Below, piece by piece: positions 36,979-46,504 of a stretch of 64,000 bases of DNA. Source of the DNA: Candidatus Woesebacteria bacterium RIFCSPLOWO2_01_FULL_39_61 (GTDB taxonomy: Bacteria; Patescibacteriota; Microgenomatia; UBA8517); contig MGHI01000026.1 of the NCBI GenBank assembly GCA_001793155.1, positions 271-64,270 of the forward strand, given 5' to 3'. Position 1 is the stretch's first letter; the number at the start of each line of letters is the position of its first letter. The notes under the pieces were generated by a model. It saw nothing but the letters and a program-made list of their open reading frames with translations. It was not told where the DNA came from and did not search any database. The position numbers and the translations under genes are program-made.

Positions 36979-38440
36979 TGGTTTCTGTGTGATGACCAGA
37001 TGTTTGAATCGCGGTTTCCCCCTTTTCATCGTCATACAGTTCCCTATATACATTTCCGGACCGGTCAATATGTGTTAATTCGACTCGAAAATCCGAGTCT
37101 ACCAAAATCGCCTCATGTGTCATGGTACCTTCAAAGGGTCTTTGAGTATCTCTTGTTAAAACCCACGTATCAAAATACTTTCTTTGATATTCTGTAATTT
37201 GAGTGCCTGAGCGAAGATCCACGAAGTGTCTGTTTGGCTGTTCCCATCCTAATAGAACCGAAGCCATGTGCAAAGCAGTGTGACTGGCGCCTCCTTCGGA
37301 CGCTATGGAAGTCTGGGGAATTCCCTTTGTAAAAGGAGTTCGATTTCTTTGATTTATAAAATCAGCGAACTCGGGATCATTTTTCCAGTGATTGCCCACC
37401 AGCGAAAATGCAAAATCGAAGAATAACTCTCTATTTGCGGGATTATTTTTCCATGCGTCCCTTGCTGCTAAGAGCTGTCCATCGCTCATACCAATTGCCA
37501 AAGGAAAATCAGATATCCTATCATACGGAAAATATTCAACCTGGAATGTTTTACCAAAATCGGTTAGTCGCCATAGGGGTATTCCACTCTCTTTGCATAT
37601 TTTTCCTACATCAATTTTTCTGTCGGGATCATCACACACCTCAACTGCCATGGTTACTGGCGGTTCACCCAGACTTTCGTTACCTAACATAAAATCTGAT
37701 ATGTTTTTTGGATAAACTCCAACTGAATAGACGGATACAGGAAGCCACGGATCCGTGGCGTGAATTTGTTTTGCAGCGACCTCCGCTTTGTTCTGATTTA
37801 AATCCGCATAACCAAATCGGACCCTATTTCTATTCGCGTCATCAAAAACATCCGGATCGGCTACTTTCATCCAGGAAGGTAAAAGCACATCCCGTGTTCT
37901 TTCAAAAATATTCATTCCGACACTGCCTCCTACAACACCGATAACCTGATTTCCTAAAAGTTCTCTTTGTTTTTCCCAAGAAATATTTTGTTCGGGATCT
38001 TTGAGTTGAATTTCATTTCTTGCCAGCCAGGCTAACAGTTTTAAGTCTCTTGGCGCAAACCAAACCAAGTCGTTTCTTTCAGGATAGTAAACAAGCTCCC
38101 CATATCTAAGTCTACGAATTTCACCTCCACTCTCTATTAAAGCTTCCTCGTACTTGTCTTTCTCGCTATTAAATACCTCTTCATATGAGGATCCCGGTGT
38201 AAGATTTCCCAAGAGAGCATTAATCGTCGGCTCTATACGATCAAGTTGTCTATCTGGAGATATTTTTATCTGTTCACCAGCCGGAAGAGTGATAATCGCA
38301 TTACCGGTTCGAGTCCATCTCACTTTATCTGAATCAACAGCTTCATTAACCGAACCTAAAATGAAAGGCTTGGCGGAATAGTTTAAATAAGGATTCTCTA
38401 AACTTGGGGCAAGCTCGGTTCCACTTTCAACTATAGACAT
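36968..38440 (-). CDS. E1-like / ThiF-MoeB-family adenylyltransferase with N- and C-terminal extensions
   Basis: Gly-rich loop VIGVVGGSVGMN. ADPDVFDDANRNRV aligns with ThiF DDDDVHLSNLQRQ. A Lys 12 aa later. VEVCDD and TDFGKT align with ThiF CTDN/GFGG. TAA/ATG-coupled to the upstream gene. Confidence 0.7.
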   Translation of the reverse strand: MSIVESGTELAPSLENPYLNYSAKPFILGSVNEAVDSDKVRWTRTGNAIITLPAGEQIKISPDRQLDRIEPTINALLGNLTPGSSYEEVFNSEKDKYEEALIESGGEIRRLRYGELVYYPERNDLVWFAPRDLKLLAWLARNEIQLKDPEQNISWEKQRELLGNQVIGVVGGSVGMNIFERTRDVLLPSWMKVADPDVFDDANRNRVRFGYADLNQNKAEVAAKQIHATDPWLPVSVYSVGVYPKNISDFMLGNESLGEPPVTMAVEVCDDPDRKIDVGKICKESGIPLWRLTDFGKTFQVEYFPYDRISDFPLAIGMSDGQLLAARDAWKNNPANRELFFDFAFSLVGNHWKNDPEFADFINQRNRTPFTKGIPQTSIASEGGASHTALHMASVLLGWEQPNRHFVDLRSGTQITEYQRKYFDTWVLTRDTQRPFEGTMTHEAILVDSDFRVELTHIDRSGNVYRELYDDEKGETAIQTSGHHTETTKR

Positions 38441-38442
38441 AA

Positions 38443-39339
38443 TTAGTCAGAAACGGTCCAGGGAGCAAGATAAACTCTGGGTTGCTGGGAAGGATCTCCC
38501 TTAGGAAACCAATATTCTTTAAATTTATTTCTTATTCCAGTAGCATACTCACTTTCACTGGGCACAACCCCCTGTATTTCAACAGGGTTAATTCCGGATG
38601 ACACAACAAAATCTTCAACATGGGGAGCAAGAATAAAATAGGGATGGGTTACCCCACGATTTCTCAAGAGAGTCATTCCTTCCGGCCACATTTTTCTAAG
38701 TAACTCTCCTTTAAATTCTCTTGCCTTGTTACGCAGGTCACTATTTTCATTCCCACCAATAAAATCAAAAACAGGATGTAAACTAAACCTTGCAAGTTCA
38801 CCAGGCTGATTTGCAGTGACACCGTTTGTCGGAATCTCGGCTACATGCGGCCATTTATACGGATCCACGTTTTCAAATAATCTGAAAATATCCAAATCTT
38901 CACCGTGCACTACTCTGAAAGTTGCAAGCACAACACTTTCTTCACCAAGCTGATATTCTGCAAGAATAATTTTTGAATTTCCCTGAAAATCAAAGCTATC
39001 GGTGGCCATATCAATAACTTCCCCGCCATTTTTTACATACCTGGAGTTATAGGCAAAGTTAACTACGTCAGCAGATTGTTCACCCAAGGAAGACGTCCGA
39101 TCAACAGCTTTCAAATTGACTTTCGACGAAGTCAAAGTGACTTCTTTTTCCAATACAGGGGAAATTAATCTATCAAGTAAAACGAAAAGATCAGTTCCTT
39201 CGTATTTCTCTTTAAACCTTTCGTACATTGATCGGACATCTGCTAATGTTAAAGTTTTCTGGCCTGTAGATGACAACTGGTCTAAAATTTCATCAGGCGA
39301 AACGGGCCTTCCTAGATGCCTATCAATTTCGAGCGTCAT
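38443..39339 (-). CDS. Hypothetical 298-aa cysteine-free protein, translationally coupled to the E1-like gene (start revised to ATG 39339; the track TTG start lies in a terminator)
   Basis: No recognisable motif and no Cys residues at all. Its stop at 38443 lies 2 nt from the E1-like start. Confidence 0.45.
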   Translation of the reverse strand: MTLEIDRHLGRPVSPDEILDQLSSTGQKTLTLADVRSMYERFKEKYEGTDLFVLLDRLISPVLEKEVTLTSSKVNLKAVDRTSSLGEQSADVVNFAYNSRYVKNGGEVIDMATDSFDFQGNSKIILAEYQLGEESVVLATFRVVHGEDLDIFRLFENVDPYKWPHVAEIPTNGVTANQPGELARFSLHPVFDFIGGNENSDLRNKAREFKGELLRKMWPEGMTLLRNRGVTHPYFILAPHVEDFVVSSGINPVEIQGVVPSESEYATGIRNKFKEYWFPKGDPSQQPRVYLAPWTVSD

Positions 39340-39345
39340 AATAAT

Positions 39346-39371
39346 AAAAAAAACCGCCAACGTCGGCGGTT
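39346..39371 (-). terminator. Rho-independent terminator (minus strand) downstream of the XRE regulator gene
   Basis: AACCGCC-AACGTC-GGCGGTT hairpin followed by U8 on the minus strand. Confidence 0.6.
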
Positions 39372-39505
39372 ATAACTCGGAAGTTAATCCGAAAAAAACA
39401 AAAGGTGTAAAAAAAATAATTTCCACTCTATTTAGAAGGTAATTTTAGCAATAAACCGCCAAAAATGCGAGTAAGAATTAAAGAAGTCTCAAGGCTTAAA
39501 GAAAA

Positions 39506-40300
39506 TTATTTCTTTCCTTGAAAATACTTATAAGTTTCTATATCTTTGGGAACATATAACTCAATATAAAAACGCGGATCGTTGAATAATTGTGTCAAAA
39601 AGAAATAAAAATTTAATTTTTTTCCTTCCTTCGCCTTGATTGTTTTTTTTGCAAAATCAGCAATAAGAGGTCTTTCAGTCATTTTCTTTCGTACCTCTAG
39701 CCATACATCGTGAAATACAGAATTACCCATCATGTGTTTAATTAACTGCTGATACCAGTGTTCGTTGGTCCTTTGACGTTGCGCATGTTGAAATTGCATA
39801 AGTGTTTTAACCATAAACTCCCTTCGTTCCTTGCTTTCCGTAATATTTTGTGTTTTGTTTTGCGAAAAGTCAGGATCAAAAATAATATCAATTGTATGAG
39901 GAAAATATTTTTCTATTCCTTCCTGTTCTTTTAAAGAAACATTTAATGCCTTATAAAGCTTCTGATTTGCAGAAATAATTCTCCAGGTGTAGTCAAGCGA
40001 TGATGCTGGAAATTCCCAGTTGTTAACTATCGGATCAATCTTTTTTCGGGCCTCTTTTATGTCTTCAGCAGTCGGTAAATAATTTCCTATAACCAGTAAT
40101 TGGTTTTTTTCTTCCTCGGACAAGGTCATTGCGTCAATCAATTTATCGATTAGCTCTCTTGGGGGATTTCCGACCTTGCCTTGTTCTATCCGGGAAAGGC
40201 GCGAGGGTTCCTTCCATCCCAATGCAAATGCGATCTCCAATTGAGAGATGTTTTTCTGAAGCCTTAAATCCTTAATATAACCTCCGAGTGTTGCTGACAT
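39506..40300 (-). CDS. XRE-family HTH regulator with a C-terminal domain of about 190 aa of unknown function
   Basis: N-terminal LRLQKNISQLEIAFALGW…LSRIEQG helix-turn-helix. Confidence 0.6.
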   Translation of the reverse strand: MSATLGGYIKDLRLQKNISQLEIAFALGWKEPSRLSRIEQGKVGNPPRELIDKLIDAMTLSEEEKNQLLVIGNYLPTAEDIKEARKKIDPIVNNWEFPASSLDYTWRIISANQKLYKALNVSLKEQEGIEKYFPHTIDIIFDPDFSQNKTQNITESKERREFMVKTLMQFQHAQRQRTNEHWYQQLIKHMMGNSVFHDVWLEVRKKMTERPLIADFAKKTIKAKEGKKLNFYFFLTQLFNDPRFYIELYVPKDIETYKYFQGKK

Positions 40301-40348
40301 GATCTTAATCGAAAATTAGATATGCAAATCCATCAATCAAATTATTTT

Positions 40349-40365
40349 ATCAAATGCTATTTGAT
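40349..40365. promoter_or_regulatory. Perfect 7-3-7 palindrome ATCAAAT-GCT-ATTTGAT in the XRE / GreA-like divergent promoter (candidate operator)
   Basis: Sits about 55 nt upstream of the XRE gene start. Confidence 0.4.
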
Positions 40366-40389
40366 TTATCAACCATTAAACTATATTAA

Positions 40390-40662
40390 GTGAGTCAATT
40401 ACTTGACATGATTTATTGTATATGTTATTTTTGGAAAATGAAGAGTAGGCCGGTTATCCTCTACTCAAAGGTAACTGTTAGGGTAAATAACACTGAATAT
40501 ATTTTTAAACTTGTGCGTTCTGACGAAATAAATATTACCCAAGGAAAGATTTCAATCGAAGCGCCCTTGGGAAAAGCACTTTTAAACAAAAGGGCAAAAG
40601 AAAAAGTTTGGGTAAAAACGCCAATCGGAAAAACAAAATATCAAATTATTGCAATTGATTAG
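40390..40662 (+). CDS. GreA/GreB C-terminal (FKBP-like) domain protein, stand-alone
   Basis: GKISIEAPLGKALLNKRAKEKVWVKTPIGKTKYQIIAID closely follows the GreA C-terminal pattern (ISxxSPLxxALLGKxxGDxVxVxxPxGxxxYEIL). No N-terminal coiled coil. The start may be ATG 40438. Confidence 0.55.
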   Translation: MSQLLDMIYCICYFWKMKSRPVILYSKVTVRVNNTEYIFKLVRSDEINITQGKISIEAPLGKALLNKRAKEKVWVKTPIGKTKYQIIAID

Positions 40663-40817
40663 TACTTTAAACAAATAAATCGATTTTTTAAGAAAACCGC
40701 GAAGATTTTACGGTTGTTTTAAGAAATTGAACCATTATTCGCTCTTTGACAAATAAATAATAATAAGTTGAAGAGCCTGCACACTATTTGTATCAACCTT
40801 CGTGATATTATGGGTAT

Positions 40818-41510
40818 ATGAATATAAAACTTTTCGATAAAAAATACTTTCTGACTTTTCTTGCAGCTGTGGTTGTGATTGTACTTTCTGTCGTAATCAC
40901 ACAAGACCTTGGTTCGTTAAAAAATAAACCAGAAATTTCATCAGCACAAAAATCACTTTCAGTTGAAGAAAATGTTCAGGTGAATAAAAATGACCCAGAA
41001 TCGCCCAACTTTTATACTGAAACACGAATTTACAAGAGTCCTGCAGTTACTGGAGTAGATAATAAAAAGAGAGCATTTACATTACATCTACCGGAAGGTT
41101 GGAGCATTGAAAAAGAAAATACTGATAGTGGGTTCTACATTTCTTTCAAAAAAGATAACTCGATGATAATTATAAGCGAGTATGGAGAAGGTGGAAATTG
41201 TATCTTCCCTGAACATGAAAGTATCGGTGAATTCGGATATGTCCGGATGGACAACTATAAAAATATTGAAACAAGCTTTGGAACTTATAGAATAGGCAAA
41301 AGATATGAAGCACGTTACAATGATGTTTTTTTCAATCTATGCAGAAAAGTAATTACTAAAGATCCGTACACTGATTCGCCATGGCATTTCGGCACACAAA
41401 TTGGTTATATAAATTACAGTACGAAAATTGAAGACGGTAAAAATTACGATCCCGAGATAGTCCAAGAAATGGAAAACATCATCAAAAATATTCAAGTGAT
41501 AGAAAAGTAA
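40818..41510 (+). CDS. Hypothetical secreted protein
   Basis: Signal anchor. No motif. Confidence 0.4.
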   Translation: MNIKLFDKKYFLTFLAAVVVIVLSVVITQDLGSLKNKPEISSAQKSLSVEENVQVNKNDPESPNFYTETRIYKSPAVTGVDNKKRAFTLHLPEGWSIEKENTDSGFYISFKKDNSMIIISEYGEGGNCIFPEHESIGEFGYVRMDNYKNIETSFGTYRIGKRYEARYNDVFFNLCRKVITKDPYTDSPWHFGTQIGYINYSTKIEDGKNYDPEIVQEMENIIKNIQVIEK

Positions 41511-41589
41511 TATTTTTAGGTAAACTCTCCTTTCCCCTCATTTTTACCTATACAACAGCATTCTTCTTATAAATATTGTTGTATGGGCA

Positions 41590-41790
41590 AAAACCCATAA
41601 GCTCTTTAACAAGTGAAGATTGTGTGTAAATAAGTTGTAAGAAGTTGGAAGTAAGCAGTAAGAAAAGAATAAATCTAAAGTTCACAAACCAAAAGGGGGT
41701 TTGCTGTGAACGCAAAACCAGGTAGTCAATTACAACTGAATACTTCAGGGGGCAAGAAAACACTACGGTCAGTTTTCCATTCTTACGCCG
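41590..41790 (+). repeat. Leader repeat, copy 1 (ATAAGCTCTTTAACAAGTGAAGATTGTGTGT…GTTCACAAACC…TGTGAAC…TTACAACTGAATACTTCAGGG)
   Basis: Shares three blocks with 43232..43400. It carries an internal insertion of about 50 nt. The GTTCACA/TGTGAAC stem is conserved. Confidence 0.45.
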
Positions 41791-41925
41791 CAAAGCGGCA
41801 AGGAGAGAATAAAATGATAGTCTTTAGAAGAAGGTTCAAGATTTGGTTTTTCTAACAATCTTGACATCTGAAGTACTGATAACCCTCTTACGAATGGGAA
41901 GCATAGTTACATAATAATATATAAT

Positions 41926-43152
41926 ATGAAGCAGATTATGAAAAAAACAGAAAATACGAAGTCAAAAATACTCTACAAGAAGAAATTTTTTTTATTGGTT
42001 ATTCTAACTGTATTTGTATTTGGGGGGCTGGTCATTTTTAGATTTGGTAGGGGCGAGCAGAGACAGGAATTTCCTCTTCAAGTAGTCAACGAAGCAATCC
42101 TAACAGGAAATTGCACAGAAACTACCGATTGTGTTTTGACACTTTTATCTCCGAATGGAGCAACAAAGGAGCTAGAAAACGTTTTTTCTTTTAAGAAAGA
42201 TACACCTGTTTATTTACTTCCGAATGGGAAAACTTTGGTTTATTTATCGGAAAATGAGGGGGTTGGCATTGTGGATATTTTAAATAAAAGAAGAATCTTA
42301 ATTCCCAATACTCAGCAGGCAAAGTTATTGCAAAGGTACTCAGACAGTTTTTGGATTGATAATGAAAATCAAGTTGAACTTTATGATTTAGAAGGTAAAC
42401 AAAAAGTATCTATCAAGAAAAACTTATTACCTAATTACGAAGAGAGCAAAGACTTTAGACCACCATCATTAAGTCCTTTATATTCAAATAAAAAGATTCT
42501 TGCTATAACTGGAGCTAAAGGCGAAGGCTTCAGCACAACTACTCTTTGGGAAGTATTCTCTGAAAAAAGATCAACTAAACTTAAAAGTAAGGACACTTTT
42601 ATGAATGCCTGCGGCGATGAGGAATGTGTTTCTAATGAAATTTACTTTTTAAACACACAGGCCGGATATCTAGTAATTGTAAACCACAACGATCGCTCGA
42701 CATCTTGGACAGAGGTGTATAAATTATTTCCAGATGCTAGTAGGGAAAGTTTCGCACTTAACGAACTTGTTAACTCTTCACTATCTCCTTGGGATGGCGT
42801 AATTTTATCTAACGACGACAATAAATTGTATTACGTGCAAAATGGTGTAATTAATGCGGGAGATGGGATCAGTAATTCAAGAAATTTTATATATGAATAT
42901 AACCTTGAGAGTGGAAAGCTTAAAACAATCCTTGAATTCGAACTACCTTCAGGTGGAAGCAATTACTTCAGTCCATTAACCCTCTCGCCAACTGGAAGTT
43001 ATATGCTACTTAACGATTCTCGCCCCGATGAAAAGGATATCCGTCATAATTTCTATACTATACTAGTGATAAATGATGGTGAATTAAAAAGTAACTTAGA
43101 CCCACTTCTTGAAGGGAAGAAAATCATCGGATGGGTAAATACCGAAGACTGA
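41926..43152 (+). CDS. Hypothetical secreted protein, possibly beta-propeller (TolB/PD40-like)
   Basis: Signal anchor. Repeated blade-like segments (…KLYYVQNG…, …SPTGSYMLL…). Weak. Confidence 0.35.
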   Translation: MKQIMKKTENTKSKILYKKKFFLLVILTVFVFGGLVIFRFGRGEQRQEFPLQVVNEAILTGNCTETTDCVLTLLSPNGATKELENVFSFKKDTPVYLLPNGKTLVYLSENEGVGIVDILNKRRILIPNTQQAKLLQRYSDSFWIDNENQVELYDLEGKQKVSIKKNLLPNYEESKDFRPPSLSPLYSNKKILAITGAKGEGFSTTTLWEVFSEKRSTKLKSKDTFMNACGDEECVSNEIYFLNTQAGYLVIVNHNDRSTSWTEVYKLFPDASRESFALNELVNSSLSPWDGVILSNDDNKLYYVQNGVINAGDGISNSRNFIYEYNLESGKLKTILEFELPSGGSNYFSPLTLSPTGSYMLLNDSRPDEKDIRHNFYTILVINDGELKSNLDPLLEGKKIIGWVNTED

Positions 43153-43231
43153 GAATAACGGTCTCCAATTAACTGGCGATATAATCAGCCTATGCGTAAG
43201 TGTCTTATCTAAAGATATTTACGTATGGGCT

Positions 43232-43400
43232 AAATAAGTCCATAAAGCTCTTTAACAAGTAAAGATTGTGTGTTGAAAAAATGTTCACAAACCAAATGGA
43301 GGTGTGCTGTGGACAGAAAAGGTAAGATCCAAAACTTACAACTGAATATTTCAGGGAGTAACGAGAATCAAGATTTCACCAACCAGAGTTCTAGATACAA
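43232..43400 (+). repeat. Leader repeat, copy 2
   Basis: ATAAAGCTCTTTAACAAGTAAAGATTGTGTGT…GTTCACAAACCAAATGGAGGTGTGCTGTGGAC…TTACAACTGAATATTTCAGGG. Confidence 0.45.
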
Positions 43401-43413
43401 AAGGAGAACTTCG

Positions 43414-46400
43414 ATGTTTAAGAAAGTCACGCACGTTGTAATTTCGATGGTGTTGATACTGCTTTTCTTTCCGCACGACACCAACAGAGTGCAGGCAGCT
43501 CAGACTATCCGTCTGCCTTTTCCACCACTTTATAGCTACAACCCAGCAAATGGTTCTTTTAGCCAAAACAGAGTTCCAATTACAGATGCTTGCCAAGATG
43601 GACAGGGCGCAGCTGGAACTCACATCGAGCACACCCGTAATGCTAGGTTTGCGGTTGATTTCGGAATGAGAACTGGAACTCCTGTTTACGCTCCTGTTTC
43701 GGGAGACGTCGTCTATGCTGCTTATACAGCCGGTTACGGTCTACTAATGCGTATTAGAGAAAGTAGCGAACGGGAACATTACTTGGCTCATCTCTCAAAG
43801 TTCTATGTAACGAGTGGGCGTGTCAACCAAGGTGATCTTGTAGCTCTATCTGGTGAGACAGGAAAAGGTCCTGCACATCTACACTACCATGTTCAAAAAC
43901 CAGGCGGCGGTACCGCTATTCAAGACGCGGACGATGTTCGTGATGAGCTACCAGGAATTAACTGGATCGATTCTAGCGACTACTGTAATCAAGGTGGTGC
44001 GATCGATGGGACAGCTCATGCATCACCACTCCCAAATGGCGGTTCTCCAGCCAATAATTGTGCCGAGTTTTACAACCAAGGGCGTCCCGGTGTATGGGGA
44101 TTTGACGCTCCGAACTGCCAGGGCAACGTTGTTTTTGGTTCCCTATCTGACGGGACAAATTTCAACTTGGCACAGAATAATGTCAATGATCGTTTGCGAT
44201 CTATTTCTGCACGACCAAATCTGCATTTCTGGCTCTACGCCCACACAGACAGCGAATCCTTGAAGCACTGCCATGAAAAGGATATGTGGAATCTGGATAC
44301 AGACAACTATAACTTCACAACAACTGATATGATAGGTTGGGATTCAGATTACGACAAGCAAAATGTCGGTGGCGGAGAGTTAGTTAGTACTGGCTACAAC
44401 ATGGTCTCCCGTCTAAGGGTCGTAACCGAAGCGTGTCCCCAGAATCAAGGTAGCAGAGTGCAGGCTTACGAAATAAGCACTGGCTACGGAATAGGCGGCG
44501 GAGGCGATATTACTTCTCCTGAAACTTCTGCTTCCTTTATAGGAACTGAGGGCAATAATAACTGGTATGTTTCGCCGGTTACGGTTGTTCTCTCTGCCTA
44601 TGATGAATTTGATGTGGCACATACTTACTACCGTATTAATGGCGGAAACATCACTGAGGGAACAAGCTTCTCTCTCGATGTAGAAGGAATCTACGCTGTA
44701 GAATTCTGGTCAGAAGACTCGAGTGGTAATGTAGAATCCACAAAATCCGTCCCAGTTAAGATTGACTGGACACCTCCGGAAACCACCTGTGAAGTTTTAG
44801 GTTCTCGCGACATGCTCGGAATTTTCCGCAGCCCCGTTGACAACACATGTTCGGCAACGGATAACTTATCCGGACCGGACTACACGGAATACTCGTTCGA
44901 CAACGGCAACACCTGGAACCTTTATGGTGGAGTTTTCACCTTAAGTGATAACGGCGTCTACGAGTATCTTTTCCGAAGTGTTGACATTGCCGGAAACGTT
45001 GAAGATGCAAAACCCTCCGGGGTTATCGACATCAAGCGCTTTGTCATCTTGACGAATTCGCTGACAAGTAACAGCGCAACCACCCTCCAGACTTTGGGAG
45101 TGGCCCACACAAATGGGAATGCGGGTTTTACTAATAACAATACAGTCCACCTGCAAACCCTTGAGTACTTAGGCCAGTTTACCCAATCGGGTAATGTGTC
45201 TTTCACCATCGATAACCTGGTTCAATCAAGTCAAGTGGAAACTTTACCGCTCTATCCTTTAAGTTTCTACAGAGATGTCTGCACGTTCATACCAGGACCG
45301 ATCATTGACCGTTCCACATCTCGAACTTACAACGAATGTTGGTATGTAGACGGCGACATTACTCTGGAAACTACGGGTTCAACTGGAAATCTCACGATTA
45401 TCAGTGAAGGAGTAATTTACGATAGAAGCACCAATTCGCATCTATCAGCCTGGGATACTACTAATGGAATCCTTTACTACGCTCGCCGAGGATATGTAAC
45501 CGAGTCGGGAGGAGCCGTCTATAACGGGGTTATTTACGCTCCGTACTCAAGTGTAAGCGGTCCGTTTACCAACTCAACACTCTCTGGTGGAATATTTGCC
45601 AACAACCTGAGTTTGAGCGCCGGTACGAGTTTGAGTGCCCAGCAGGCTGCCGGTTTCCCCCCGTCGACCTATCCTCTACCGCTTATCGCTGTCGAGCAAC
45701 CTGTACCTAACATTATCTATGTTAGCTCGATGGGCGGCGGAACTGTCGGTGGAATTGCGACAGCTGACGAGGACATCCTAACCTATAACCGCGAGCAGGG
45801 TAGCTACGCAATGTTCATCGACGGATCGGATATAGGACTTTCCTATACGGATATTGACGCCTTCTTTGCGTTACCAGATGGGACCTTCCTGATGAGCTTT
45901 GATTCGAGCATAAGTGTCAGTCCTTTGGGAACTGTCTATTATGCCGACATCGTCCGCTTTACCCCAACCTCGCTCGGATCTACCACCGCGGGTACTTTTG
46001 AATGGTACTTTGACGGATCAGACGTTGGTCTTACAACAAGCGACGAGGATATTGATGCAATCGGCTTTACTCCCCACGGTAAACTCGTAGTCAGCACCTT
46101 AGGCTACGTAAGCGTCACTGGTGTTTCCGGTAACGACGAAGACTTAATCGTCTTTACGCCAACCAGTTTGGGAGCAAACACCGCAGGAACCTGGGCTTGG
46201 TACTTTGACGGATCAGACGTCGGCTTGAATGAATCCTCTTACGAGGATATCAACGGCATCTGGATTGACCCAGTCACCGGACAAATCTACCTAACTACGG
46301 TAGGATCCTTTAGCGTTAGCGGCTTAAGTGGCGACGGAGCGGATATTTTTATCTGTACACCCAGTTCTTTGGGATCAACCACTGCCTGTACTTACGGCCC

Positions 46401-46473
46401 GGGACTTTACTGGGACGGATCGAAGAACGGCTTTTCCGGAAAAGTTCTCGACAGCGTCGTAGTTCAAAAGTAA
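43414..46473 (+). CDS. Secreted M23-family metallopeptidase, about 1019 aa, with C-terminal novel repeats (start revised to ATG 43414 with the RBS AAGGAGA)
   Basis: Signal peptide MFKKVTHVVISMVLILLFF. M23 motifs HIEH…D and HLHYHV. Four C-terminal repeats of about 60 aa (TPTSLGSTTAGTxxWYFDGSDVGL…). Confidence 0.75.
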   Translation: MFKKVTHVVISMVLILLFFPHDTNRVQAAQTIRLPFPPLYSYNPANGSFSQNRVPITDACQDGQGAAGTHIEHTRNARFAVDFGMRTGTPVYAPVSGDVVYAAYTAGYGLLMRIRESSEREHYLAHLSKFYVTSGRVNQGDLVALSGETGKGPAHLHYHVQKPGGGTAIQDADDVRDELPGINWIDSSDYCNQGGAIDGTAHASPLPNGGSPANNCAEFYNQGRPGVWGFDAPNCQGNVVFGSLSDGTNFNLAQNNVNDRLRSISARPNLHFWLYAHTDSESLKHCHEKDMWNLDTDNYNFTTTDMIGWDSDYDKQNVGGGELVSTGYNMVSRLRVVTEACPQNQGSRVQAYEISTGYGIGGGGDITSPETSASFIGTEGNNNWYVSPVTVVLSAYDEFDVAHTYYRINGGNITEGTSFSLDVEGIYAVEFWSEDSSGNVESTKSVPVKIDWTPPETTCEVLGSRDMLGIFRSPVDNTCSATDNLSGPDYTEYSFDNGNTWNLYGGVFTLSDNGVYEYLFRSVDIAGNVEDAKPSGVIDIKRFVILTNSLTSNSATTLQTLGVAHTNGNAGFTNNNTVHLQTLEYLGQFTQSGNVSFTIDNLVQSSQVETLPLYPLSFYRDVCTFIPGPIIDRSTSRTYNECWYVDGDITLETTGSTGNLTIISEGVIYDRSTNSHLSAWDTTNGILYYARRGYVTESGGAVYNGVIYAPYSSVSGPFTNSTLSGGIFANNLSLSAGTSLSAQQAAGFPPSTYPLPLIAVEQPVPNIIYVSSMGGGTVGGIATADEDILTYNREQGSYAMFIDGSDIGLSYTDIDAFFALPDGTFLMSFDSSISVSPLGTVYYADIVRFTPTSLGSTTAGTFEWYFDGSDVGLTTSDEDIDAIGFTPHGKLVVSTLGYVSVTGVSGNDEDLIVFTPTSLGANTAGTWAWYFDGSDVGLNESSYEDINGIWIDPVTGQIYLTTVGSFSVSGLSGDGADIFICTPSSLGSTTACTYGPGLYWDGSKNGFSGKVLDSVVVQK

Positions 46474-46504
46474 ATAAATCACACACAATCTAACTTGTAG
46501 AGAA

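Noticed and set aside
36968-38440. TOMM/microcin B17-like cluster (nitroreductase-fold dehydrogenase plus E1-like docking protein)
   Set aside because: No YcaO cyclodehydratase or precursor peptide is visible in the window. The two genes are convergent rather than co-transcribed, so a TOMM assignment is unsupported.
39340-39360. Track start MAVFFII for ORF 38443..39360
   Set aside because: TTG codon located inside the terminator hairpin of the upstream gene. ATG 39339 used instead.
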